The notes below the pieces were generated by a model. It was given only the letters and a program-made list of their open reading frames with translations, ran no database searches and had not been told where the DNA came from. This document shows positions 50,456 through 60,675 of a stretch of DNA of 64,000 nt, one piece after another. Position 1 is the stretch's first letter, and every line of letters starts with the position of its first letter. Location: NCBI GenBank assembly GCA_963695095.1, contig CAVOFT010000001.1:2656001-2720000 (forward strand), written 5' to 3'. The position numbers and the translations under genes were made by a program. Source of the stretch: an uncultured bacterium (GTDB taxonomy: Bacteria > Krumholzibacteriota > Krumholzibacteriia > JACNKJ01).

Positions 50456-52610
50456 CTAGCGGGTCGGCAGGTCACCGGCCCAGGCGAGGCCGGCGAGCCA
50501 GTGGCGGCCGGGCAGGGGGTAGCCGAGCTGATCCTCCACGCGCGTGTCGCCGAGGTTGCGGCCTTCGATTGAAAGGGTCAGCTTGCCGGTGACGCGCAGG
50601 TTCAGCCCCCGCCGACCAGAGCACGGCGGCGGGAAGCCTGCGATCGGGGTCGTTGTAGCGATCCGAGTAGGTGGCGGCGCGGGCTTCGCGCTCGGCGAAG
50701 AGGCCCAGGCGCTCGCTCTCCCAGCCCAGGCGAGCCAGCCCGCGCTGCGGGCTGCGGTAGGGCAACTGCTTGCCGTCGTAGGCGGCCAGGCCGCTGCGGT
50801 CCCGGGCAAAGAGCCGCGTGTCGGCGAGGGTCGCGCGCAGCCCGCGCCAGGCCAGCGCCAGCGACAGCTCGCGGCCCGTCACGCGGCTGGCGCCGATGTT
50901 CTCCGCGCGCACCGAGTACTGGCTGTTGCGCAGGTAGAGGATCTCATCGGCGAGGTCGCGGCGGAACCAGCTCAGCTCGCCGTCCAGCTCGAGACCGCTG
51001 CGGCAGAGGCCGAGCGCAAGGCCGGCGTCCGTCTGCGTGCCGGTCTCGGGGCGCAGGGCCGGATTGCCGCTGATGCTCACGTCCTGGCCGAAGAGCTCGA
51101 GCAGGCTGGGCGCGCGGTAGGCGTCGCCGGCATTGGCGCGCAGCGTGAGGGCCAGCGCTCCTCGCGCGGCCTCGAGGGCGCGCCAGCTGATCCCGCCGCG
51201 CCGCGTGCGTGCGGCGCTCTCGTGCTCGGGCTTGGGCAGGGCCGGCAGCCAGGGCAGGGGCGGCGGGCCGAAGTAGTTGTCGGCCAAGCGCTCCTCGCCA
51301 TAGCCGCCGACGAGCAGCAGACGGCCGCCGGCCGCGAGCCAGCGCGCCTCGAGCTCGCCGCGGCGGGTCTCGCGCCGGCGCTCGAAGCCGGCGGGCTTGG
51401 CGGGGTTCAGGTTGTCCGGCAGGAAGCGCTCGTCCTTGCGCTCGATGCGCAGCACGAGGTGCAGCGGCGCGAGCAGCAGCTCGGCGCGGGCCAGCGCGCC
51501 CTGGGCGGTAAGGCGGTCGCGCGTTTCATCGGCGACGAGGAAGGGTCCCGTCTCCCCGAGCGGATTGAGGAAGCGCGTCCAGCCCAGGCGCGCGAAACCC
51601 TCGGCGCCGAGCGAGAGGCGACCGGCGAGCAGCGGGCTCTCCCAGATGAGGCGGCCGTCGTGGCCGCTCCGCGCCGAGCGCGTGGCGCGCGTGGGCAGGC
51701 TCTCGGTGCCCGGGACGCCGTTCTCGCGGGCGAGGTAGCGATAGGCGAGCGTCCAGCGGCCTCCCCAGCGGCCGGCGGCGGGGGCCCAGGCCAGGCGCGC
51801 GAGCAGGTCGCGGGCGGCGAGCTCGGCGTTGGCGCGCAGGCGCAGCGTGTCGTCGGCCGTGTTGCTGAAGACGGTGCCGTTGCGATCCAGGTAGCTGTAG
51901 TCGGCCGCGCTGGCCAGGCCGCCCGCGGCGAGGAAGAGCGCGGTTTCGCCCGGACCCGCGAGCGCGAGCGAGAGCCCGCCGCGGCGGGTGGCGAAGCTGC
52001 CCGTGCCGAGGGCCGCGCGCAGGCCGCGCTGGCCGCCCGTCACCACGTTGACGGCGCCGGCGGCGCCAGCCGCGCCGAGTTCGACGGGCACGCCGCCGCG
52101 ATAGACCTCCAGGCGCTCCACGCCCACCAGCGGCAGTTCGTCGAGCAGGGCCATGCCGCTGAAGGGGCTGCGCAGGTCCATCCCGTCGACGAGCAGGGCC
52201 ACCTCCTCGCCCCCCGAGCCGCGGAAGCTGGCCGTGCTGAAGCTGCCCAGGCCCCCGAGACTGCGCAGTTCGACACCCGGCAGCTCGGCGAGCAGGGCAG
52301 CCGGCGCGGCGAGGCGGCGCGGGTGCGCCGCCGGCAAGATCACCGCGCGGGCCAGGCTCTCGCGCTCGGCGGCGAGGCGGCGGCGCAGGGGATCGCCCTC
52401 GACGGTGACCGTGGGCAGGGGAAAGATCGTGTCCAGGGGGGACCAGGCCTCGGGCGCCAGGGGTGCGGGCGCTGGCGCCATGGGCGCAGCCGGGCCGCCG
52501 TCCTCGGCGCCGGCCGCGGCGGCCGTCGAGAGCCCGAAGAGAAGAACGAGCGCGGCCAGGCCGACGCTAGGGCGAGAGCCCCGGCGCGCGCGGCGTCGAG
52601 CTTGAGCCAT
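50456..52610 (-). CDS. btuB: TonB-dependent receptor, BtuB-like (frameshift near 50600)
   Basis: Plug motifs LPGV, FRGS, LVDG and LEVYRG; YRAPSLLELFG and GNPALRPE; the C-terminal RNLGD...GYPLPGR is in a shifted frame; downstream of a B12 riboswitch. Confidence 0.85.
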
Positions 52611-52671
52611 GATCAGCGGGGAGACCGTGCGTGCGCACGCCCCTCACTCCTTCCACGAGAGTGCCGGAACG

Positions 52672-52848
52672 AGGGTCGGGGCAGGTCTCCTGACTTACGG
52701 GGGGCCGAAGCCCTCGCGACCGCCGCCTTCCCAGTTTCCCAGTGGCGTCGTGGCGGTCTCCCGATCACAGTGGCGGGACCGTGGCGGCTTCACACCGCGC
52801 TTCCCTATTCTACCCTTGGGCGGACGCCCGCGGGTCACCACCGACCCT
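52672..52848 (-). ncRNA. Cobalamin riboswitch
   Basis: The minus strand reads AGGGAA-GCGCGGTGTGAA-CCCGCCACTGT-GCCACTGGGAAACTGGGAAGGC-AGTCAGGAGACCTGCC (B12 box) and is closed by an AGGGTCGG/CCGACCCT stem. Confidence 0.97.
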
Positions 52849-52906
52849 GAACGCCGCCGAGCATAGCGCCATTGCGCACGGGCGGCAAGTCGCTTTCTTG
52901 GGGCGC

Positions 52907-53839
52907 ATGCTATCGCCCCCCGCGGCCCGGGATCCCTGGACCGTCACGCTCGCCCTGCTCGCCGTCCAGCTCCTCTTCGGCGTCCACTATGTGGTGGCCA
53001 AGCTGATCGTGACGGCCATGGACCCGGCGGCCTGGGCCTGCCTGCGCTCGGCCAGCGCCTTCGCCGTGCTGCTCGCCCTCGCGCTCATCTTCAAGCGCCG
53101 CCTGCCGGCGCCGCGGCGCCTGGCCTGGCTGGCCCTCTGCGCGGTCTTCGGCGTCATCCTCAACCAGGCGCTCTTCCTCGAAGGCCTGGCCCGCACGACG
53201 GCCGCCCACGCGGCCGTGATGAACAGCCAGATCCCCAGCTTCGCCCTGCTCGCCGCCGTGCTGATGGGCCAGGAGCGCCTGTCGCGGCGCAAGCTGGCCA
53301 GCTTCTTCCTCGGCCTGGCTGGCGTGCTCGTGCTGCTCCGGGCCGAGACGCTCCGCTTCGACGCGGCCACGCTCACGGGCGACCTGCTCAACCTGGCCAA
53401 CGCGGCGAGCTACGGCCTCTTCATCGCCCTGTCGCGCAAGGTCATGGCCAGGGAGGACGCGCTGGCGGCCACGGCCGTGCTCTTCTTCTTCGCGACGCTC
53501 GGGCTCGGCGCCTACGGGCTGGACGAGGTGCTCGCCCTGGATGCGCGGATCATCACGGCGGGGCTGGTCGGCGCCATGCTGTTCGCCGTGCTCGGCGCGA
53601 CGGTGGCCAGCTACCTGCTCAACGTGTGGGCGATCAAGCGCACGCAGGCCAGCCACGTGGCGCTCTTCATCTTCCTGCAGCCCCTGGTGGCGGCGGCGCT
53701 GGGGGTCGTCGCCCTCGGCGAGCGGGTGACGCTGCGGCTGCTCCTCGCCCTCGCCCTGGTCTTCCTCGCCCTGGCCCTCCGCGACGGCCGCGTCCCCGCG
53801 GCCCCGCCTGGCGCCGCCCCGGCCGAAAGAGCGGCTTGA
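52907..53839 (+). CDS. DMT/EamA family transporter
   Basis: About 10 TM helices in two EamA repeats (GDLL, FLQPLVA, LGERVT). Confidence 0.9.
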   Translation: MLSPPAARDPWTVTLALLAVQLLFGVHYVVAKLIVTAMDPAAWACLRSASAFAVLLALALIFKRRLPAPRRLAWLALCAVFGVILNQALFLEGLARTTAAHAAVMNSQIPSFALLAAVLMGQERLSRRKLASFFLGLAGVLVLLRAETLRFDAATLTGDLLNLANAASYGLFIALSRKVMAREDALAATAVLFFFATLGLGAYGLDEVLALDARIITAGLVGAMLFAVLGATVASYLLNVWAIKRTQASHVALFIFLQPLVAAALGVVALGERVTLRLLLALALVFLALALRDGRVPAAPPGAAPAERAA

Positions 53840-53892
53840 CGGTTTCAGAGAGATGCGACAAACTTCAGGAAACCTTAGCCCCGAGGCCAGCC

Positions 53893-54222
53893 ATGGACCC
53901 CCACCACTTGCTCAAGGACCCCAAGGTCGTCGCCCTGCAATCGGCCATCTGCAAGATCATGAGCAATCCCCGGCGCGTGCAGCTGCTGCACATCCTGGAG
54001 ACCGGCGAGAAGAGCGTGGGCGAGCTGGTCGAGCTGACCGGCCTGCGCAAGGCCGCCGTGAGCCAGAATCTGGGCCTGATGCGGGCGCGCAAGCTCGTCA
54101 CGGCGCGCCGCGACGGCCAGAAGGTCTACTACACGCTCCGCAGCCGCCGCCTGCTGGCCGCCTGCGCGAGCATGGAAGAGCTGCTCACCGAGCTGATCGC
54201 CCTGGAGCCCGAGACCGACTGA
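53893..54222 (+). CDS. ArsR/SmtB family regulator
   Basis: SNPRR, EKSVGEL, VSQNL and RRDGQKVYY; upstream TTGACG-N17-CAAACT (53836-53864). Confidence 0.92.
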   Translation: MDPHHLLKDPKVVALQSAICKIMSNPRRVQLLHILETGEKSVGELVELTGLRKAAVSQNLGLMRARKLVTARRDGQKVYYTLRSRRLLAACASMEELLTELIALEPETD

Positions 54223-54384
54223 AGCCGGCCACCGCCCCCCTCGCCTCCTCGCATGACAGATTCAGGCCATTCGGGCCTTTAACTACGGGCGCCTCCTGCC
54301 TACATTGCCCGGGTCCCGCCCGGCCGAGCGCCCACTGGGGCGAGCGCCGCGGCCTGGATTTCGCGACAACCGCAGGGGGTTTGC

Positions 54385-55233
54385 ATGCCGTACACCATCC
54401 TCGCCAAGCGGACCCTCGCCCCGAAGACCGTGCTCTTCGAGATCGAGGCGCCCCAGGTGGCCCGCAAGGCCAAGGCCGGCCAGTTCATCATCCTGCGCGT
54501 GCAGGACCAGGGCGAGCGCATCCCGCTCACCATCGCCCAGACCGATCCGGAGCGCGGCAGCGTCACCATCGTGATCCAGGAGCTGGGCAAGACGACCTTC
54601 GACCTCAACCGCCTCGAGGCGGGCGAGAGCTTGCTCGACTTCGTCGGCCCCCTGGGCAAGCCCACGCACATCCAGAAGCAGGGCACCGTGGTCTGCGTGG
54701 GCGGCGGCGTGGGCAACGCCGTGGTCTGGGCCCAGGTGCGCGGCTTCAAGGAGGCGGGCAACCGGGTGATCACGATCATCGGCGCGCGCAGCAAGGAGCT
54801 GCTCATCCTCGAGCAGGAGATCGGCGCGCTCAGCGACCAGCTCATCGTCACCACCGACGACGGCAGCTACGGCCGCAAGGGCCTGGTCACGGAGCCGCTC
54901 GCCGAGCTGCTCGAGAAGGAGAAGGTGGACGAGGTGGTCACCATCGGCCCGGTGATCATGATGAAGTTCGTCTGCAAGACGACGGCGAAGTTCGGCGTGC
55001 CCACGCAGGCCAGCCTGAACCCGATCATGGTGGACGGCACCGGCATGTGCGGCGCCTGCCGCGTCACGGTGGGCGGCGTTACCCGCTTCGCCTGCGTGGA
55101 CGGCCCCGAGTTCGACGGCCACCAGGTGGACTTCGACGAGCTGATGACCCGCCTGGCCTTCTACAAGGACCTGGAGACCGCGGCCTACGAGCGGGCGCGG
55201 GACCACGAATGCAACCTGCTCAAGCAAGGCTAG
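54385..55233 (+). CDS. nfnA: NfnA/SudB subunit of electron-bifurcating transhydrogenase
   Basis: GQFIILR, GERIPLTIA, GPLGKP, MVDGTGMCGACRV and CVDGPEF. Confidence 0.93.
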   Translation: MPYTILAKRTLAPKTVLFEIEAPQVARKAKAGQFIILRVQDQGERIPLTIAQTDPERGSVTIVIQELGKTTFDLNRLEAGESLLDFVGPLGKPTHIQKQGTVVCVGGGVGNAVVWAQVRGFKEAGNRVITIIGARSKELLILEQEIGALSDQLIVTTDDGSYGRKGLVTEPLAELLEKEKVDEVVTIGPVIMMKFVCKTTAKFGVPTQASLNPIMVDGTGMCGACRVTVGGVTRFACVDGPEFDGHQVDFDELMTRLAFYKDLETAAYERARDHECNLLKQG

Positions 55234-55243
55234 GGGGTGCAGC

Positions 55244-56707
55244 ATGAGTGACGAGAAGCCCAACGGCGGCAAGCCCAGGCGCGTGATCAACAAGCAGAAG
55301 CAGAAGACACCGATGCCGGAGCAGGCTCCGTCCGAGCGCATCAAGAACTTCAACGAGGTGCCCCTGGGCTACAGCCCCGAGGACGCGGTCAACGAGGCCC
55401 TGCGCTGCCTGCAGTGCAAGACCCAGCCCTGCACGGGCGGCTGCCCGGTGGACGTGGACATCCCCGGCGCCCTGGGCTTCATCGCCGCCGGCGACTTCGA
55501 GGCCGCCTACCGGCGCATCAAGACCACCAACTTCCTGCCGGCCATCTGCGGGCGCGTCTGCCCGCAGGAGGACCAGTGCGAGATGTACTGCGTGCTCGGC
55601 AAGAAGGGCGAGCCGGGCGGCATCGGGCGCCTGGAGCGCTTCGTCGCCGACTGGCACATGAGCCAACCCGAGCTGGAGACCCTGCCCGAGACGGCTCCGC
55701 CCACGGGCAAGAAGGTGGCCATCATCGGCAGCGGGCCGGCGGGACTGACCGCAGCCAGCGATCTCATCCAGCGCGGCCACGAGGTGCACGTCTTCGAGGC
55801 CCTGCACAAGCCGGGCGGCGTGCTCTTCTACGGCATCCCCGAGTTCCGCCTGCCCAAGAAGATCCTGCTCAAGGAGATCGACGGGCTGCAGCAGATGGGC
55901 GTGAAGCTCCACCTCAACTACGTGGTGGGCGCAACCGAGACCCTGAGCGAACTGCGCGAGCGCTTCGACGCCATCTTCGTCGGCGTGGGCGCGGGGCTGC
56001 CCTGGTTCCTGAACATCCCGGGCGAGAACCTCAATGGCGTCTACAGCGCCAACGAGTTCCTCACCCGCGTGAACCTGATGGGCGCCTACGACTTCCCCCG
56101 CCGCGACACGCCGGTGAAGGCGGGCCAGCACATCGTGGTGGTCGGCGCGGGCAACACGGCCATGGACTCGGCGCGCACGGCCAAGCGCCTGCAGCCCGAG
56201 CGCGTGACCCTGCTCTACCGGCGCAGCCGGGCGGAGATGCCCGCCCGCGGCGAGGAGATCCACCACGCCGAGGAAGAGGGCATCGACTTCATGCTCCTGC
56301 ACAACCCGCTGGAGATTCTCAGCGACGGCCAGGGCAAGGTGCGCGCCGTGCGCGTGCAGAAGATGGAGCTGGGCGAGCCCGACGCGAGCGGGCGGGCCAA
56401 ACCGGTGCCGGTCGCGGGCAGCGAGTTCGAGCTGCCCTGCGACAGCGTCGTGGTCGCGCTCGGTTGCAGTCCGAACCCGCTGATGACCAAGGTCGAGCCC
56501 GAGCTCACCCTGACGAAGCGCGGCACGATCGTGGTCGACGAGGAGACGATGGAGACCAGCGTGCCCGGCGTCTTCGCGGGCGGCGACATCGTGACCGGCG
56601 GCGCGACGGTGATTCTCGCCATGGGCGCGGGACGACTGGCGGCGAATGCCATGCATCGCTATATTGCGACCGGTTCGGCGAAGCCGGCTGCAGAGACGGT
56701 GAGCTGA
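55244..56707 (+). CDS. nfnB: NfnB/SudA (GltD-like) subunit
   Basis: RCLQC...CTGGCP, CGRVCPQEDQCE, GSGPAG, GAGNTAMD and FAGGD; paired with nfnA. Confidence 0.92.
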   Translation: MSDEKPNGGKPRRVINKQKQKTPMPEQAPSERIKNFNEVPLGYSPEDAVNEALRCLQCKTQPCTGGCPVDVDIPGALGFIAAGDFEAAYRRIKTTNFLPAICGRVCPQEDQCEMYCVLGKKGEPGGIGRLERFVADWHMSQPELETLPETAPPTGKKVAIIGSGPAGLTAASDLIQRGHEVHVFEALHKPGGVLFYGIPEFRLPKKILLKEIDGLQQMGVKLHLNYVVGATETLSELRERFDAIFVGVGAGLPWFLNIPGENLNGVYSANEFLTRVNLMGAYDFPRRDTPVKAGQHIVVVGAGNTAMDSARTAKRLQPERVTLLYRRSRAEMPARGEEIHHAEEEGIDFMLLHNPLEILSDGQGKVRAVRVQKMELGEPDASGRAKPVPVAGSEFELPCDSVVVALGCSPNPLMTKVEPELTLTKRGTIVVDEETMETSVPGVFAGGDIVTGGATVILAMGAGRLAANAMHRYIATGSAKPAAETVS

Positions 56708-56733
56708 GCCGCCATTCCTCTTGAGTGTTGTGT

Positions 56734-56767
56734 GCCGGCGCCTCCCATGGGGCGCCGGTTTTCGTTT
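56734..56767 (+). terminator. Intrinsic terminator after nfnB
   Basis: GCCGGCGCC...GGCGCCGGT stem followed by TTTCGTTT. Confidence 0.7.
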
Positions 56768-56771
56768 GCTG

Positions 56772-58079
56772 CTAGCGGCCCCGGAGCGCCGGCCAGAGCA
56801 TGAGCACCCCCACCGCACGGCCGCCGAGCAGGGCCAGCGAGGCGGCGACCGCGCCGGGCAGGTCGAAGCTCAGCACGCCGAGCGCCAGCAGCAGGATGAC
56901 CGCCGCCACCTCGGCCCCCGTCGCCCAGGTGATGGGCCGCGTGCGCCGCGCGACGACGAGGATGGCCCTCTGGAAAGCGTTGATCACCACCAGGGCCGGG
57001 ATCGCCACCTGCAGCATCAGCGGCAGGCGCGAGAAGGCCGCCAGCGTGGGGCTGAGACCCGAGACGCGCTCGAACCAGAGACCCGACAGCGGCGTGAAGG
57101 CGAGCAGGCAGAGCCCGCCCGAGAGCAGCAGGGCCAGCCGGATCACGAAGCGCCGCAGGGGCGGCCGCTGCAGCTCGCCTCGCGCGAGGAGCGCGATGCC
57201 CACCTCCTGCACGGCCAGGCCCGGCGCGCGGAAGATGAAGCCCAGCGAGCCGATCACGGGCAGCACGGCCAGCGACTCCAGCGAGTAGCGCGCCTGGCCC
57301 ATGAAGAAGGTGACCAGGGGCTGCACGGCCATGGTCAGCCAGGCGGTCAGGGCCAGCGGCGTGTAGAAGTCCAGGATCTTGCGATAGCCGGGCGCCTCGC
57401 CCGCCGCCTCGAGCGGCAGGCGGCGCAGCGCGGCCAGCGGCCCGCGCGCGAGCCAGCGCGTGACTACGGCCTCCACGCAGACGCCGGCCGAGAGCGCGGC
57501 CGCGCCCAGCCAGGCGCCCTCGATGCCGCCGTGGGCATAGAGGGCCAGGCCCATCGCGAGCATGGCGGCCACGCGCGTCATCGTCCCGTAGGCCACGCGC
57601 CGCGTGTAGCCGTGGCGAATCAGGATCCCCTGGTAGAAGCGCCGGTAGCCGATGGCGCCCGGCCAGGGCAACAAAATGAGCAGCGCGCGGCGAGTGAGGC
57701 GCTGCACCTCGGGCGGCAACTGGATGAGGTCCGCGAAGATGAAGCGGTAGATGGGCGGAATGAGGATGAAGAGCATCGTCGCCGTGATCAGGGCGATGAG
57801 CGCCATGTTGAAGCGGCGCAGGCGGCGGTAGGCCGTGGGCGCGCCGGCCAGCGCCGTGGCCGCGCTCATCATCATGATCACCGGCGCCTCGACGATGATG
57901 GCGAAAGCGAAAGCGACGCCGTAGGCCGCCAGGTTCATCTTGGGCTCGGCGAGCCGGGCGATGAGGGCGGCCAGCACGGGGCCCTCGACGGCCATCATCA
58001 GCCAGGTGGCGGCCAGTGGCGCCCAGAAGCGGACGATGGCCCGCTGCCGGAGCGGCAGCTCGGGAGCGCCGGCGATCAT
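56772..58079 (-). CDS. MATE/MOP-superfamily (ANKH-like) membrane transporter
   Basis: About 12 TM helices in two repeats (FWAPLA / FYTPLA); RRFYQGILIR. Confidence 0.7.
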   Translation of the reverse strand: MIAGAPELPLRQRAIVRFWAPLAATWLMMAVEGPVLAALIARLAEPKMNLAAYGVAFAFAIIVEAPVIMMMSAATALAGAPTAYRRLRRFNMALIALITATMLFILIPPIYRFIFADLIQLPPEVQRLTRRALLILLPWPGAIGYRRFYQGILIRHGYTRRVAYGTMTRVAAMLAMGLALYAHGGIEGAWLGAAALSAGVCVEAVVTRWLARGPLAALRRLPLEAAGEAPGYRKILDFYTPLALTAWLTMAVQPLVTFFMGQARYSLESLAVLPVIGSLGFIFRAPGLAVQEVGIALLARGELQRPPLRRFVIRLALLLSGGLCLLAFTPLSGLWFERVSGLSPTLAAFSRLPLMLQVAIPALVVINAFQRAILVVARRTRPITWATGAEVAAVILLLALGVLSFDLPGAVAASLALLGGRAVGVLMLWPALRGR

Positions 58080-58080
58080 G

Positions 58081-59403
58081 CTAGGAGGGGTCCGCGGGGG
58101 CGGGCGCGGCCGCCGGCATCTCGCTCCGGCGCGGCCGCAGGAAGGGAATGAGCAGAATCGGCAGGAAGGCGATCCAGGCGTCCAGGCGCAGGGTCGCCAT
58201 GTAGCCGTGCAGCTCGGCGTACTGCCCCTGCCAGGCGCTCGAGTAGGTGTACATGAGATTGCGCAGGGCCATGTAGCCCGAGAACTGCGTGGCGGCGACG
58301 AGCGGACTCGTCAGCCCCATGAAGACGGCGATGTTCGTGCCCGAGATCAGCCCCGAGAAGAAGCTGTAGATGAGCGACACGCCCCAGTAGCTCGCCACCG
58401 TCACGCCCTCCGTCCCGGCCGCGCCCGAGAACTGGCCCGAGAGCCAGAAGGTAGGCAAGGTGGTGAGCGCGTACCAGAGGGCCAGCATCTTGCGATGGCC
58501 GAGGCGATCGCTGATCCAGCCGCCCAGCACGCAGCCGATGGCGGCCAGCACCGTGCCCTGCACGTTCAGGTTCGCGATCTGGTCCTCGCTGAGCCCCAGG
58601 TCCACCTGCATCGTGTTGCCGAGCGCGAGGCCGAGCGCGAGGGCGCCGTTGGGCACGGCGGCGAAGAACACGCCCAGCAGGGGCCCGCGGCCGGAGCGAA
58701 AGAAGCCGCGCCCCAGCTCGATCAGGTAGGCCTTGAGCCGGCCGAGGATGGCCCCGAGCACGGCCAGCCGGCCGGCGATGGCCACCTCCGCCGCCGCGAG
58801 GGCCCGCTGCGGCTCGACGATGCGCATCGAGACCGCCACCAGGATGATCGCCAGCAGCCCGCAGACGAAGGGGTAGCTGGCGCCGAAGCCGAAGCGGCCG
58901 GCGATGTAGAGCGCCCCGCTGCCGCCCAGAGCCTGGCCCAGGTAGCTCGCCCCGAACATGAAGCCGTTGGCCACCCCCCGCTCGCTCGCGGGCAGCACGT
59001 TCACGGCCAGGGCATCGATGGCGATGTCCTGCGTGGCCGAGAACACGTTGTGGATGATGATGAGCAGGGTGAGCAGCTTCAGGTTCGCGCCCGGGTCCAC
59101 GGCCCACACCAGCGCGAGGGTGAGGATCATCATCAGCTGGGCGCCGACGATCCAGGCGCGGTAGTGGCCGAAGCGGCGCAGGTCGACGAGATCCACGATG
59201 GGCGCCCAGAGGGGCTTGAAGCCCCAGGGCGCGTAGAGCGAGGCGATGAACAGGCCCACCTCGCCGATCGATAGCCCCGACTGGCGCAGATAGGTGGCCA
59301 TGGCCGTGGCCGTGAAGCCGAAGGGAATGCCCTCGCTGAGGTACAGCAGGCTGAAGGCGGTCAGGCGGCCGCGGCGGGAGGCGAGGATGTTGGCTGGGAG
59401 CAT
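58081..59403 (-). CDS. MFS transporter, AmpG family
   Basis: LYLSEGIPFG, PWGFKPLWAPIVD and SATQDIAIDA. Confidence 0.88.
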   Translation of the reverse strand: MLPANILASRRGRLTAFSLLYLSEGIPFGFTATAMATYLRQSGLSIGEVGLFIASLYAPWGFKPLWAPIVDLVDLRRFGHYRAWIVGAQLMMILTLALVWAVDPGANLKLLTLLIIIHNVFSATQDIAIDALAVNVLPASERGVANGFMFGASYLGQALGGSGALYIAGRFGFGASYPFVCGLLAIILVAVSMRIVEPQRALAAAEVAIAGRLAVLGAILGRLKAYLIELGRGFFRSGRGPLLGVFFAAVPNGALALGLALGNTMQVDLGLSEDQIANLNVQGTVLAAIGCVLGGWISDRLGHRKMLALWYALTTLPTFWLSGQFSGAAGTEGVTVASYWGVSLIYSFFSGLISGTNIAVFMGLTSPLVAATQFSGYMALRNLMYTYSSAWQGQYAELHGYMATLRLDAWIAFLPILLIPFLRPRRSEMPAAAPAPADPS

Positions 59404-60575
59404 CAGGCGGGCTTGGCCTGCCCGCGTGCCGGCGCCGCCGCCTCATCCCATTCGGCCGGCAGCTTCTGGCCCGGCGCCTCGCCCAGCTTGGCCTTGCGCG
59501 CGGCGAGCCCCGGCCGCGCGAAGCCCGGGTGGCCCTCCTTCAGCGTGCGGCCGTTGATGGGCGCCTCGGCCCGCGTGCGGAAGCCCACGGTCTTGTCGAG
59601 CTGGCGGCCGAGCTTGAGGATGCGGTCCACGTCGTAGCCGTGGGCGATGCCCATCTCGTCCACCATGACGAGCAGGTCCTCCAGGCAGACGAGGCCGACA
59701 TAGCGCGGGTCCCGGTAGTAGTACTCCCCGGTGCCGGGCACGGGCGAGTCGTCGAGGAAGTTGGCCGGCTGGCCGCCCAGGCCGCCCAGCGTGGCCTCGA
59801 ACTGGGTGATGCCCGCCTGCAGGGCCGCGAGCACGGAGGCCGCGGCCACACGCTTCGTCTCGTGGAAGTGGGCGATGTGCAGGGCCGTGTCGGGCAGCGC
59901 GTCCAGGGTCATCGCGAAGTAGCGGTAGACCTCGGGCGCCGAGGCGCTGCCATCGTGGTCGGCGTGCTCGATATCGTCGGCGCCGATGGCCAGCCAGCGG
60001 CGGGTGAAGTCCAGCGCGTCCTCCAGCTTGGTGGCGCCGCCGATGGGGCTGCCCCAGATCGTGCTCACCGTGCCGCACATCGTCATGCCGGCGTCGTGGC
60101 ACTTGCGGATGGAGCGCTCGCACTCGCGCCAGTACTCCGGCAGCGTGCAGCCCGAGTTGGCGAAGTGGTGCTCCTCTTCGGTGGAGACCATCATCAGCAG
60201 GCGATCGGGCCCGACGCCCTGCTGCGCCAGCTCGACGGCGCGATCCACGCCGGATTCACGGATGGTCACCGCCGTGGTGACCACCTGGTCCAGGTCGATG
60301 CCGCGCTTGGCGCAGCGCTTGCGGAAGGCCGCGCTCTTGAGGTGGGCGAGCAGGATCTCGGCGTCCTCGAACTGCGGCATCAGGTGCGGGTTGCCCAGGT
60401 TCGTCACCTCGATCGAGCGGCAGCCGGCGAAGATAAGCTCTTCGAGGTAGTAGAGCTTGGCCCGCGTGGAGATGAAAGTCTCCAGGTGCTGGAAGCCGTC
60501 GCGCACGGTGATGTCGCCGATGCGCACCCGGCGGGGCATGCGGGGGAAGATGCGCCAGTAGTCGTGCTCGCTCAT
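59403..60575 (-). CDS. DRE-TIM metallolyase, HMG-CoA lyase-like
   Basis: DITVRDGFQ, HFHET metal ligands and TLGGLGG. Confidence 0.85.
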   Translation of the reverse strand: MSEHDYWRIFPRMPRRVRIGDITVRDGFQHLETFISTRAKLYYLEELIFAGCRSIEVTNLGNPHLMPQFEDAEILLAHLKSAAFRKRCAKRGIDLDQVVTTAVTIRESGVDRAVELAQQGVGPDRLLMMVSTEEEHHFANSGCTLPEYWRECERSIRKCHDAGMTMCGTVSTIWGSPIGGATKLEDALDFTRRWLAIGADDIEHADHDGSASAPEVYRYFAMTLDALPDTALHIAHFHETKRVAAASVLAALQAGITQFEATLGGLGGQPANFLDDSPVPGTGEYYYRDPRYVGLVCLEDLLVMVDEMGIAHGYDVDRILKLGRQLDKTVGFRTRAEAPINGRTLKEGHPGFARPGLAARKAKLGEAPGQKLPAEWDEAAAPARGQAKPA

Positions 60576-60675
60576 GCCGTCCCGGTCTCCCTCACCCCAC
60601 CGGTCCTGGCGGGGAGGCGGATTCTAGGACAGCACACGGGCAAAGGTCAAATCGGACGGGGATGGCCGGCGCCGG

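Noticed and set aside
50456..50640. Programmed frameshift or pseudogene in the TonB receptor
   Set aside because: No slippery sequence was seen. A single indel near the 3' end with an intact downstream C-terminus fits the indel errors seen elsewhere.
55244..56707. Glutamate synthase small subunit (gltD)
   Set aside because: No gltB nearby, and pairing with an NfnA/SudB gene indicates NfnB.
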